Assembly (NCBI GenBank): GCA_964552045.1
Contig: CAZKFF010000003.1
Location: forward strand, 11,880 to 75,879
From: an uncultured Candidatus Saccharibacteria bacterium
Lineage (GTDB): Bacteria > Patescibacteriota > Minisyncoccia > Phycocordibacterales > UBA918
DNA length: 64,000 nucleotides
Direction of reading: 5' to 3'
This document shows positions 10,119 to 19,316 of the stretch, in pieces. A program made the position numbers and the translations under genes. The notes below the pieces were generated by a model. The model did no database searches. It was not told the origin of the DNA and saw nothing but the letters and a program-made list of their open reading frames with translations. Every line of letters begins with the position of its first letter. Position 1 is the stretch's first letter.

Positions 10119-10247
10119 GCTGCAAGTCTTTAATGATGCGCTGTCTTTGTGTAGATGGCACAAAACAGTGCGGATTAACCTGCGAAGGTTCATAACACTA
10201 TAGCACAAAAAAATAAATTTGCAAGGTTATGTCTACTTTTTTTACTT

Positions 10248-11216
10248 TTGTCAAAAAGCATCGCAAATGTGCCAGGATGCGTGCGTTATACTTATATATG
10301 TATGGATCTGCAGGAGCTCAAACGACAATTTTTGGAATATCTCGAAATAGAACGCGGCCGCAGCGTCAAAACCATTGAAAATTATGACCGTTATCTTGAA
10401 AAATTCCTCGCGTTTGCAAAAGTACAGTCGCCTGCAGATGTAAGCGAGGAGCTGGTGCGCACTTTCAGGCTGTACCTCAACCGCCAGCCGGGAACCAAAA
10501 GTGGCAACCGCACAGAACCGATGAAGCGGCGGACCCAGAACTATTACCTCATCGCAGTGCGTGCATTCCTGAAATATATACGGAAACGGGGCATTGCCTC
10601 CCTCTCCCCTGAGTCCATCGAGCTTGCGAAAGTACCCGAGCGATCGCTCGATCTTATTACAGAACAGGAATTGAGCCGGCTCATGGATGCTCCAAACAAA
10701 GCAAATAGACAGGGACTTCGTGACCGTGCGATCCTCGAACTGCTGTTCTCAACGGGGCTGCGTATTTCGGAGCTGTGCAACCTGTCTGTTGACGATGTCG
10801 ATCTCTCACGCGATGAGTTCTCCGTGCGGGGAAAAGGAGACAAGATCCGCGTTGTCTTTCTTTCCGACAGCGCCAAGGATGCGGTGCGGGCATACCTGCA
10901 GTCACGCAAGGACATGGATGACGCGTTGTTTGTGCAGTATGGGAAAAACGCCAAAGATGCGAAGAGTTTGCGTCTCTCCCCTCGTGCCGTACAGCGTATG
11001 CTCAAAGTTTATGCAGCAACAGCCGGCATCACGCGCAAGGTGACGCCGCACGTCATCCGCCATAGTTTTGCGACCGACCTCTTAAGCAATGGCGCAGACC
11101 TGCGCTCTGTGCAGGCGCTGTTGGGCCACGCGAACATTGGCACGACGCAGATATATACGCATGTCACCGACAAGCACCTGCGCGATGTACACAAGAAATT
11201 TCACGGCCGAAAGTAA
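10248..11216 (+). CDS. xerC: Tyrosine site-specific recombinase XerC/XerD (likely start MDLQELK near 10302)
   Basis: N-terminal core-binding region (LEYLEIERGRSVKTIENYDRYL), catalytic residues R...HVIRHSFATDLL...GHANIGTTQIYTHV with Tyr. Confidence 0.85.
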   Translation: MSKSIANVPGCVRYTYICMDLQELKRQFLEYLEIERGRSVKTIENYDRYLEKFLAFAKVQSPADVSEELVRTFRLYLNRQPGTKSGNRTEPMKRRTQNYYLIAVRAFLKYIRKRGIASLSPESIELAKVPERSLDLITEQELSRLMDAPNKANRQGLRDRAILELLFSTGLRISELCNLSVDDVDLSRDEFSVRGKGDKIRVVFLSDSAKDAVRAYLQSRKDMDDALFVQYGKNAKDAKSLRLSPRAVQRMLKVYAATAGITRKVTPHVIRHSFATDLLSNGADLRSVQALLGHANIGTTQIYTHVTDKHLRDVHKKFHGRK

Positions 11217-11243
11217 ACAGCTCCCAATCGGGAGCTGTTTACT

Positions 11244-12050
11244 TTAGAAATAACTGCTTGCACGCAGCTGTTCGCGGAGCTTTATGAGCTCAGGATACCC
11301 GTAGAGGAACCGGACCTTGTCAAAGGATACGCCCCGCTGCTCTGGTTTGTCTGCTGTCACAAAGTAGACGAATGATTCAGCCATGTCCTCTGTTGCGTTG
11401 TTGGCAGCATATTGCGTTATAAAGTCGGAACTTCGCTGCGTGCCTGTCCAAAACTCCTGTTTAAAGTCCGTTTCAATGCTCGGATTGCTGAAAAAGAAAA
11501 TATGGCCATATTCATGCAGGAGCAGCTCCACTACCGATTCGTCGTCATAGATCTCCGAGATCTTATTGCCTTCCCTGTTGAATCCCAAGATCCACGTGTG
11601 ATCTGGCTTCTCTTCGACAAAGGCGCTGATCTGGCTTCGGGTATCGCTATAGATGCGGAATTCGCTGATATCGGCTTTCGCAAACGATGCTCCGGCGATG
11701 TCTATAAGTGTATTCCAGAGAAGCTGATCGCCTGCCCGTACGCCTGCATGTGTTGACGGTATGAGCTTCTTGCCATCCACGAGATAGAGAGCTTCGTACG
11801 TGCCCGTATAAAATTTAGTCTTATAAGAAAACTCAGACGCTTTCGCTTTCTGGCCTTTTGCCTCAAGCAATGCCAGTTGCTTCTGCAGCTTTTCGACCTG
11901 TGTAACTAATATTTCAATGCGGTCGCGTATCGCTGCTTTTTGCGAAGCTGTATATGTCTGTGCGTGGGTAAATGGTGCGGCAGTGAACAAACTGATCACT
12001 ACAAAAAATACAATAAATGGTTTCACGGAATCTACTACGTTCATACCCAT
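11244..12050 (-). CDS. Putative secreted HExxH zinc-metallopeptidase-like protein
   Basis: Signal peptide (FIVFFVVISLFTAAPFTHAQ) and LLLHEYGHIFFF (HExxH). Family not identified. Confidence 0.5.
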   Translation of the reverse strand: MGMNVVDSVKPFIVFFVVISLFTAAPFTHAQTYTASQKAAIRDRIEILVTQVEKLQKQLALLEAKGQKAKASEFSYKTKFYTGTYEALYLVDGKKLIPSTHAGVRAGDQLLWNTLIDIAGASFAKADISEFRIYSDTRSQISAFVEEKPDHTWILGFNREGNKISEIYDDESVVELLLHEYGHIFFFSNPSIETDFKQEFWTGTQRSSDFITQYAANNATEDMAESFVYFVTADKPEQRGVSFDKVRFLYGYPELIKLREQLRASSYF

Positions 12051-12101
12051 ATATTATTTCATACTATCTTCACTTCGAATTTGGCTATTCCCAGGATGAG
12101 T

Positions 12102-12130
12102 TTGACATGAATAATTTATTACTGTGTAAT
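12102..12130 (+). promoter_or_regulatory. Sigma-70-like promoter (TTGACA-17 nt-TGTAAT) upstream of a small ORF
   Basis: Consensus -35 hexamer and a 5/6 -10 hexamer with 17-nt spacing in an AT-rich spacer. Confidence 0.35.
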
Positions 12131-12160
12131 GAATATGCAGATGAAGCAAAGGAGGAGTAA

Positions 12161-12295
12161 ATGAAGAAAGCCCTTCATTTATTCATCAGGTTCCTCGCAC
12201 AGATTCTTCACCCTATACCCATTGAGGACGGACTCTGTGAGTTCTCTGCCGGAGACCCGCGCATGAAGGAGATTCTCAACCCGGATCGCGGATGA
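12161..12295 (+). CDS. Candidate small protein (44 aa: MKKALHLFIRFLAQILHPIPIEDGLCEFSAGDPRMKEILNPDRG)
   Basis: Strong RBS (aaggaggag) 3-5 nt before the ATG, an upstream promoter, and a terminator-like hairpin plus T-run at about 12311-12345. Below the 60-aa track cutoff. Confidence 0.3.
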   Translation: MKKALHLFIRFLAQILHPIPIEDGLCEFSAGDPRMKEILNPDRG

Positions 12296-12370
12296 GAGAG
12301 TGTGCAACAGTAGAGCCGCCCTACAGGACGGCTTTTCTTTTTTGGTACACTATAGGAAAATCAAAAATAT

Positions 12371-13162
12371 ATGAAAATCTTTTCCTGGAACGTCAATGGT
12401 ATTCGTGCGGTCATAAAAAAGGGCGAATTTCAGTCGTTTATTAAAAAATACGAGCCCGATGTGTTGTGTCTGCAGGAGACAAAAGCCCAGGAGGGCCAGG
12501 CTGAGCTTGATGTTCCGCACTATGAAGAGTATTGGAATTCCGCAGAGAAGAAAGGATATTCAGGCACAGCCATTTTTACTAAAATACCGCCAAATGAAGC
12601 CATATATGGGATACCGAAGGTTATAACCAAGAAATTCGCACTTCTTGATGACTATGGCGACACCACAACCGAAGGGAGGGTCATAACGCTTGAGTTCGAA
12701 CAGTTGTATGTGACTTCGGTCTACACCCCCAATGCCAAGGATGACCTCTCGCGCATTCCGATGCGCCTGCAGTGGGACCCGGCTTTTCTCACGTTCATGG
12801 CAACCCTTCAAAAAAAGAAGCCAGTTGTCTTCTGCGGCGATCTCAATGTCGCCCATACAGAGATCGATCTTGCCCGCCCGAAAGAAAATGACGGTAAGAA
12901 GGGCTTCACAAAGGAAGAACGTGGGGGAATTGATGCCATGCTCCAGTCGGGTTTCGTCGACACATTCCGGATATTCAATAAGGAGGGCGGCAACTACTCC
13001 TGGTGGTCGGCCTGGGGTGGTGCGCGCGAACGGAATGTCGGCTGGAGGATCGACTACGTGATGGCCTCAGAGACACTTGTCCCGCTCATCAAAAGCGCCC
13101 GCATTCACGCCGATGTAATGGGAAGCGATCACTGTCCGGTTTCAATCGATATTGCTGTGTAA
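12371..13162 (+). CDS. xth: Exodeoxyribonuclease III (AP endonuclease)
   Basis: MKIFSWNVNGIRA...LCLQETK...WRIDYV...GSDHCPV, the full ExoIII motif set. Confidence 0.9.
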   Translation: MKIFSWNVNGIRAVIKKGEFQSFIKKYEPDVLCLQETKAQEGQAELDVPHYEEYWNSAEKKGYSGTAIFTKIPPNEAIYGIPKVITKKFALLDDYGDTTTEGRVITLEFEQLYVTSVYTPNAKDDLSRIPMRLQWDPAFLTFMATLQKKKPVVFCGDLNVAHTEIDLARPKENDGKKGFTKEERGGIDAMLQSGFVDTFRIFNKEGGNYSWWSAWGGARERNVGWRIDYVMASETLVPLIKSARIHADVMGSDHCPVSIDIAV

Positions 13163-13261
13163 CACACGTCAATGAGCGAAAAAACAATCACACGAAAGTA
13201 GATCATGTCAACTATCAGTGTTGAGCACTCAAAAATATGGCTCTACAGAGCCTCATAAACT

Positions 13262-13305
13262 AACTGCACAACGCGTGTCCTTTATAAAGGACACGCGTTG
13301 TGCAG
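13262..13305. repeat. 44-bp perfect palindrome (actgcacaacgcgtgtcctttat|aaaggacacgcgttgtgcagt) containing the TGTCCTTTATAAAGGACA core
   Basis: Read directly. A second inverted pair atgtccttta/taaaggacat lies at about 13328-13357. Confidence 0.6.
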
Positions 13306-13934
13306 TTATGCACAGTTATACACATGCATGTCCTTTACACATTATTATAAAGGACATAGTATATATGCAGGCCCAGAGAGGGCGAGCAGAGGTATCCCAA
13401 GTTCTCTTCTGAAGTTCACCGCTTCACAAAAGAACTTGGGATATTTCACTCAAAGAGTTCATTCAAAACAAAGCGAAGAGAGTAAGATCTCTTCAAGAGT
13501 TAATACCTCCAACTCTAATAGTTCATAACATCCCACCTTTTAAAGCTCACTGTTGCGATGAGTTGCAATGAGGATAAGAACAACCGTTCGCGTCCTCATA
13601 GCAGCTCATACAACAATATGTGAAAAATCTAAAGTACATAGAGCTTTAAACACAACGAGCCACAAAAGCGGAAATCTCAATAAGGAGATGACCACCTTGA
13701 GACAAAGTCTCACCAATAGGCTCATCAATAAGGCCTAGGGCAGTTGCTAGACGATACGATCGCCTACCAACTACCCTAGGTCTTTTTTTTATTTCCAAAC
13801 TTATTTCTGGAACCGGGTTTTCTGCGCATTAAGAAGACGCTCACAGACGGATGTTTATAGTTATCCCCACAATCCAGCAAAAAAGACGCAAAAACTCATG
13901 TTTTTGCGTCTTTTTGGCGGAGTGTCGGACGTTC

Positions 13935-15407
13935 TTAACCCACTCTGTGCTCGCGGGAGATGTCTTTCAGTGCTGCCGCTTCTTCTTCTTCCTGTTTGCG
14001 TTTTCCAGCCTCTGCGAGTTTTTCTAGCTCAGATTCCGGTAGCTCAATGAGCTCTAAAGCCCGCCCTTTTAGGCCATTTTCTGTATTTTTCCCCGGGTTA
14101 TCCAATACCTCTTCCAGTAGTGCGTGCAGTATATATCCCAGCTTTTTCCCCGGCTTTTCCCCAGTGATATCCATAATGGTATCCCCGTCTATTTTGAGCA
14201 TCCGGACAGAGATCGGGTCACGGAGCGCCTGGTCGACCATGGCCTTGTACTGTCTGAAACGGAACGGCTGCTCCTTAGGACGGCCGGTGCCGATGCGGTC
14301 GCAGACGCGGAGGTTGAGGAGATCATCTATATGTTCTTTCCCCACGCGTACAATCGTTCGGCGAACTGCAGAGAGTGTTATCTCTTCCGGATCGGAGAAG
14401 AACATGTGGTTGCGTACCAGTTTTTCGACGATACCTACAGTTTCACGCGGCATTTTCAGTCGCTGCAGTATTTTCTTGGCCATTCGGGCGCCCACGACCT
14501 CATGCCCGTAAAAGGTATATTCTTTGTTTTTGCCGCCGGTGCGGCGGGTTGCAGGCTTTCCTATATCGTGGAGCAGTGCGGCAAGGCGAAGTTCGGTTGA
14601 AAAACCCTTATCTGCTGCGGCCTGAAGCGTGCGCAGGATGTGCTCATAGACATCAAATGCGTGCGCGCCTCCCTGCTGACAGCCGATCCCCTCTGTGATC
14701 TCTGGAATGATGTGCTCGATGAGCCCGAGGCGCTCCAAGAGCACGATGCCCTGCATCGGGGTCGCACTATTGATGATTCGAATGAACTCCTCAGCAATGC
14801 GCTCAGAAGAAATACGGCTCAGATTATGGGCATTTCGAGTAATCGACTGCAGGGTCTCTGACTCGATGGCAAAATTGAGCTCCGCAGCAAGACGTACCGC
14901 GCGCATCATGCGCAACGCGTCTTCGCCAAAGCGCTCATCGGGTTCTCCTACGGTTTTAAGCCGTTTTTTTGCGATATCACTGACACCGTCAAACAGGTCG
15001 GTGATCTTTTCATCTCTGATGCTGAATGCGATGGCATTGACTGTGAAATCACGTCGTTGGAGGTCTTCTTCCAGCGACACGCCGAAGGTCACAGAATCGG
15101 GACGCCGCGCATCGCTGTAGCCGGATTCGCTCCGGTATGGTGTCACCTCAATAACCTTGAGGGTAGGGTCTTCCGTATCATCAATAACCACGCCGACCGT
15201 ACCGTAGTCATTGTTGCAGTATGTTTCAGGGAAGAGACCCTCAATCTCCTCGGGGTGCGCATCGGTCGTGATATCCCAGTCTTTGGGGGTCTTGCCAATA
15301 AGGATATCCCGCACGCATCCGCCGATGAGGTACGCTTCAAAACCCGCTTTGTGCAGGGTGTCGGAGACATACTGTACTTCCTTGGGGATGTCATTACGGA
15401 CGATCAT
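13935..15407 (-). CDS. cca: CCA-adding tRNA nucleotidyltransferase with HD domain
   Basis: GGCVRDILIG...DWDITT...RRDFTVNAIA (pol beta-like NTase) and an HD domain (LLHDIGK). Adjacent to a tRNA gene. Confidence 0.85.
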   Translation of the reverse strand: MIVRNDIPKEVQYVSDTLHKAGFEAYLIGGCVRDILIGKTPKDWDITTDAHPEEIEGLFPETYCNNDYGTVGVVIDDTEDPTLKVIEVTPYRSESGYSDARRPDSVTFGVSLEEDLQRRDFTVNAIAFSIRDEKITDLFDGVSDIAKKRLKTVGEPDERFGEDALRMMRAVRLAAELNFAIESETLQSITRNAHNLSRISSERIAEEFIRIINSATPMQGIVLLERLGLIEHIIPEITEGIGCQQGGAHAFDVYEHILRTLQAAADKGFSTELRLAALLHDIGKPATRRTGGKNKEYTFYGHEVVGARMAKKILQRLKMPRETVGIVEKLVRNHMFFSDPEEITLSAVRRTIVRVGKEHIDDLLNLRVCDRIGTGRPKEQPFRFRQYKAMVDQALRDPISVRMLKIDGDTIMDITGEKPGKKLGYILHALLEEVLDNPGKNTENGLKGRALELIELPESELEKLAEAGKRKQEEEEAAALKDISREHRVG

Positions 15408-15472
15408 TGCAGATAAATTGTATCAGAGATTCATTGCTTTTTATGCATCTTAGCCGTATGATGTCGCGTATT

Positions 15473-15547
15473 GCACCCGTGGTGAAATGGATATCATTAC
15501 TGACTTCGGATCAGTCGTTGGGGGTTCGAGTCCCTCCGGGTGCACCA
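15473..15547 (+). tRNA. tRNA-Arg (anticodon TCG), CCA encoded
   Basis: Manual cloverleaf: acceptor GCACCCG/CGGGTGC, D-stem GTGA/TCAT, anticodon stem ACTGA/TCAGT, loop CTTCGGA, T-arm GGGGG-TTCGAGT-CCCTC, then ACCA. Confidence 0.85.
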
Positions 15548-15589
15548 GTTTATGCATGGCATGCATACGATCGCTGCCAAAGGACAGCT

Positions 15590-16363
15590 ATGACCGACCA
15601 GGCAAAGACAGTTTTGGAATGGACCTACGATCCGAAAAGCTTCTTTGAAGAGACCGTCTCATTTCCGGTTGAGAACGGCTCTATCACAATTGCAGAGGGC
15701 AAGGTCCGAGGTGAATTTGATGAAGCTTGCTATGATTACGGAAGGCAGTTTCGTGATGAGGTCGATCTGCAGGTCCGTGCGCTATTCATGGCACAGCAGG
15801 TTCAAGTGCATTCGAGCTTCAATCTCTCTGCGGCTTTGATGTCTCGCGAGCACAGTGATGGTCGGCGTGATGTAACGCTGTTTGCAGAGCCGCTCGCGCT
15901 TAAACTCAGCGGCGGTAAGGCCTATTTCGTAATCAAGGATGCCAACGGCAACATTACGCATGACAGCAGGGCGGAAAGGCTCGCTAAGCATCACAGTTTC
16001 CGCGAAGCTGTTGCGACCCTTTTGTCGAGAGACCGCATTCTCAAGCGGCTCCTCCAGAGCTTCCATGCGGCACTTTCGGACGAGGATAATTTGCTCATTC
16101 ATCTCTATGAAGTGCGCGACGCTCTGGTGTCTGAGTTTGGGAGCCATGAGGCTGTGCGAGACGCACTAGGTATTTCGGGGACTAGTTGGAGCAAGTTTGG
16201 GAGGCTTGCAGACAACGAACCTTTCTTGGAAGGAAGGCATCGGGGCCAACACGAGGTCCTGAGGCCAGCGGCAGCCTCTGAAATAGAATGGGTTCTTACT
16301 TTCTCGCAGGGTCTGATTGAAGCTTACGTCCAGTACCGAAATGAGCACCCTTCTGGGAGCTAA
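15590..16363 (+). CDS. Hypothetical protein (258 aa, starting at MTDQAKTVLEWTY downstream of the tRNA)
   Basis: The track ORF 15407-16363 overlaps the tRNA. The internal ATG gives a clean start just after it. No motif recognised. Confidence 0.5.
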   Translation: MTDQAKTVLEWTYDPKSFFEETVSFPVENGSITIAEGKVRGEFDEACYDYGRQFRDEVDLQVRALFMAQQVQVHSSFNLSAALMSREHSDGRRDVTLFAEPLALKLSGGKAYFVIKDANGNITHDSRAERLAKHHSFREAVATLLSRDRILKRLLQSFHAALSDEDNLLIHLYEVRDALVSEFGSHEAVRDALGISGTSWSKFGRLADNEPFLEGRHRGQHEVLRPAAASEIEWVLTFSQGLIEAYVQYRNEHPSGS

Positions 16364-16584
16364 CGTTGAGCCATCGAGCTAACGCTCATCACGCCACAAA
16401 CCTTCCCCGCTCATCCCATTTCAGCGGTCTCTTCGGCTTGTTGTCGTTGCCTGGGATCGGTGGCAAATGCCTGTCGACAACCTTTGCTATTCGCTCCGTC
16501 TCCGGCAACAGTAAGAGCTCGAACAGATCCATAATGACGTTGTCTTTCATAATCTCGCTGGTTCGAGTGGTGTCCTTATCTGGG

Positions 16585-16632
16585 GCACACATGGCCGGCC
16601 GGAAATGCATCTGCATTTCCGGCCGTTGCCAT
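16585..16632. terminator. Very long near-perfect hairpin (catggccggccggaaatgca-tc-tgcatttccggccgttgccatg); a second 10-bp hairpin follows at about 16660-16692
   Basis: Read directly. About 20 bp of pairing with no strong T-run, so it may be a processing or regulatory structure rather than a simple terminator. Confidence 0.5.
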
Positions 16633-16785
16633 GTGTAAGCAAAGCTTTCTTGAACTGCACTCAGAAAACACATGTATGCGGGCATTCATGTGTTTCTTCG
16701 TTTGTTCAGGTAGCACCCGGAGGGACTCGAAATATTACAGAGTGCATCAATTTCTTCCCCATACTCCACTGATACACTAAAATAA

Positions 16786-17949
16786 GTGCACATGCGCTTT
16801 GCCCCGTACAAAAACCTTTTCATCTTTGCAGCGCTTGCGGTGCTTGCTGTAGGCTCAATGATCGTACTTTCCATTCTGTGGCAATCCGCACCGGAGCCCT
16901 CCCCTTCTGTCACTTCGGTCAAAGAGGAATACCTTCACTGCATCACTCTGCCGGAAGATGAGGATGTCGCACAGTGTCTCGATGAGGTTGCATCGATCGC
17001 CTACAACCGGTATCCGACCAGAGACATAGCCGCAGTCCTCGACAGCCTTTCCTACCAGGAAAAGAATCGCTGGTGCCACGAGATCATGCATTACATGGGG
17101 TGGGAAGCCTATGCGCAGGAAGACAGCATCGCTGACGCCTTCCTGCATTCCTCTGAACTCTGCGACAGCGGTATGTACCACGGCGTTATGGAAGCATATC
17201 TGCGATCCGAAGGGCTCGCCGGAGATATCGAGACCCTCATTCGGACCGTATGTACCGATGCGCTTGCATCGCATCCGGGCCTCAGCGAGGGCGTGCTCGC
17301 GCTGTGTTTCCATGGTCTCGGACACGGCCTTATGTACGTCACCGCTTCCGATCTTGGGCGTTCACTGGAGTACTGCGAAATACTGCAAGAAGGTGCACCT
17401 GCATGCTACGGCGGCGTATTTATGGAATTTACGACAAGTAAAGAGATCGGACCGCTCCACAACAATCGGAACCTCACGGAAAATTTTTGCGTCACGCTGA
17501 ACGAAAAGTACTGGAACATGTGCTATTACCGGATGGGGCTCAATTTTTTCTCCGCGACAAACGGCTCTGTAGGTGAAGCGATGGAGCTGTGCAGCACGGT
17601 GCCAAAGGAACACCAGGGAAACTGTTTTTTGGGCGTGGGCGGCAACAACCCTTCCCCGAGTAAGTCGCACAGCGATGCGGGCGCAGCGTGCCTGGAAGCG
17701 CTCCGTGTCTCCGAAGATGCCTATGAGGGATGCATAAGCGGCAGTTTGGGGTTCGTACTGAGCCTTGAATGGGGCGATATGCGGGGAGCAGTTGAGTTCT
17801 GCAGTGCGGTAGACGAACAGTATCAGCGTTTCTGCTACGCAGAAGCCGGCCGCGCGGCGCTCGCATGGGTGAAGCCGGAAGAAACGCTTGCAGAGAAATG
17901 CAGTGTCCTCCCCGCTTTCGAAGCGGAAGCAGCATGTATGGAGCAGTAA
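16786..17949 (+). CDS. Hypothetical membrane-anchored Cys-rich repeat protein (eight-fold C-x2-G-x2-[HY]-G-x-[ML] repeats; one HEIMH motif)
   Basis: N-terminal TM anchor. Repeats CHEIMHYMGW, CDSGMYHGVM, CFHGLGHGLM, CYGGVFMEF, CYYRMGLNF, CFLGVGGN, CISGSLGFV, CYAEAGRAAL. Confidence 0.5.
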   Translation: MHMRFAPYKNLFIFAALAVLAVGSMIVLSILWQSAPEPSPSVTSVKEEYLHCITLPEDEDVAQCLDEVASIAYNRYPTRDIAAVLDSLSYQEKNRWCHEIMHYMGWEAYAQEDSIADAFLHSSELCDSGMYHGVMEAYLRSEGLAGDIETLIRTVCTDALASHPGLSEGVLALCFHGLGHGLMYVTASDLGRSLEYCEILQEGAPACYGGVFMEFTTSKEIGPLHNNRNLTENFCVTLNEKYWNMCYYRMGLNFFSATNGSVGEAMELCSTVPKEHQGNCFLGVGGNNPSPSKSHSDAGAACLEALRVSEDAYEGCISGSLGFVLSLEWGDMRGAVEFCSAVDEQYQRFCYAEAGRAALAWVKPEETLAEKCSVLPAFEAEAACMEQ

Positions 17950-18025
17950 CTCCGTTGTTATTCTCCCCAGGACACACGCGTACCCAATAATGAACAGACG
18001 TTATGATATATAATAGACATACCCT

Positions 18026-18691
18026 ATGATACGTTTAGAGGAACAGTATGAGCAGGCACTGCAATTCCGCAGGCGGGGGTTCACTTATTCTGAGATCGCG
18101 AAGATCGTCGGTGTGTCGAAGAGTTCAGTAAGCGCGTGGGTCTCGAAGAAACCATTTTCAAAAAAGATACGGGCAGAAAACGCCGCCCGCGCTGCACGTG
18201 AAAATGTAAAACGTATCGGCCTGATCAACAAGGCCCGTGCCGCTGAACGAAAAGCGCGATATGCGGAAGCGAAGCGAAGCGCTGAAACTGAATTCACACA
18301 TTACAAAAAAGATCCGCTTTTCATCGCCGGACTCATGGCGTACGCGAGCGCGGGCGATCGTGCAGTTGATTCCCGGATCCGCCTTACTTCGCCTGACGCA
18401 TTCCTTCAGAGGACGTTCCTGCAGTTTGCTCTTGCGTATCTTGGCGCTGAAAAGAACCGGATACATTTTTGGCTGCTTTTGTATGCCGGCCACAATGAAA
18501 AGAAGTGTCTTTCATTCTGGGCAAAGACTACTCGTCTCTCGCTTGCCCAGTTCCACAAATCCCAATTTGTTTCCCAGCGGGCAAAAGCGGGAGGATTGCA
18601 ACATGGCACCGGAAATACTATAATCGGCAGCACTGTTCTGAAGCTGAGATTGCTGCGATGGATCGAACTTCTGCAGAAAGAACTTTCATAA
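18026..18691 (+). CDS. Hypothetical helix-turn-helix DNA-binding protein
   Basis: N-terminal RGFTYSEIAKIVGVSKSSVSAWV is an HTH. The rest is unassigned. Confidence 0.5.
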   Translation: MIRLEEQYEQALQFRRRGFTYSEIAKIVGVSKSSVSAWVSKKPFSKKIRAENAARAARENVKRIGLINKARAAERKARYAEAKRSAETEFTHYKKDPLFIAGLMAYASAGDRAVDSRIRLTSPDAFLQRTFLQFALAYLGAEKNRIHFWLLLYAGHNEKKCLSFWAKTTRLSLAQFHKSQFVSQRAKAGGLQHGTGNTIIGSTVLKLRLLRWIELLQKELS

Positions 18692-18693
18692 AA

Positions 18694-18764
18694 GCGGCCA
18701 TGGTTAAGTGGTATAATGAGTCCTTGCCAAGGATTAGTCGGGAGTTCGATTCTCCCTGGCCGCA
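18694..18764 (+). tRNA. tRNA-Gly (anticodon GCC), no encoded CCA
   Basis: Acceptor GCGGCCA/TGGCCGC, D-stem GTTA/TAAT, anticodon stem AGTCC/GGATT with loop TTGCCAA, T-arm GGGAG-TTCGATT-CTCCC. Confidence 0.85.
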
Positions 18765-18766
18765 CT

Positions 18767-18806
18767 ACAATGAAAAAGCCGGACTGCATGTCCGGCTTTT
18801 TCATTG
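18767..18806. terminator. Bidirectional terminator after tRNA-Gly(GCC)
   Basis: acaatgaaaaagccggac-tgca-gtccggctttttcattgt. Confidence 0.7.
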
Positions 18807-18846
18807 TGCTGGAGAATTGAAAAGGCTTTGCTCTCGGGTATTCTCC

Positions 18847-19275
18847 TCACTTCACCTCGAACAGGAGAACTTTAGGCATTATTCCTGCTGCTCTGCACAC
18901 CATAAGACGCGTATTTCCAGAAACTAAATGGTACCCCTCGGCATGTTTGTATATAATTGGCGCACTGATTGATCTCCCTGCATCAAGATCATCTTTGTAG
19001 CCTCTCCATTCCCGGTCTGCTTGGCGTGATAATGCATCAACCTTATCCCACTGCCCTGCTTCGATATCTTTTGAGTCAGTATTTTCTAGTTGATCCCATA
19101 TCGATGGGTCAAGGAGTACCATAGTGCCGCCTTCTGCTGCAAACAAGAGGTCCAGAGTTGTCATGTTGAACAATGCACCTACGCGTTCAAACTCACCATG
19201 TTCTTTTTCGAGAATTGGGTACTTGAACTGGTTACTTTTTTGTTCAAAGGACTCCATGCGATTATTATAGCTCAT
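18847..19275 (-). CDS. Hypothetical protein (about 142 aa from MSYNNRMESF; RBS ggagagg upstream)
   Basis: ORF with a reasonable RBS. No recognisable domain. Confidence 0.45.
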   Translation of the reverse strand: MSYNNRMESFEQKSNQFKYPILEKEHGEFERVGALFNMTTLDLLFAAEGGTMVLLDPSIWDQLENTDSKDIEAGQWDKVDALSRQADREWRGYKDDLDAGRSISAPIIYKHAEGYHLVSGNTRLMVCRAAGIMPKVLLFEVK

Positions 19276-19316
19276 GCCATAACCTCTCCTCACTTTAATC
19301 TGTTATCATACTCACC

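Noticed and set aside
10248-11216. Tyrosine recombinase as evidence of a prophage or integrative element
   Set aside because: Domain order and motifs fit chromosomal XerC/XerD. No phage structural, replication or excisionase genes are nearby. Neighbours are rpsO and a secreted peptidase.
16389-16685. 98-aa minus-strand ORF in the gap after the 15590-16363 gene
   Set aside because: It spans the 48-nt perfect hairpin, which would be an odd thing to translate through. Only the distal 53 codons (16389-16550) could be a real small gene, so it is not called.
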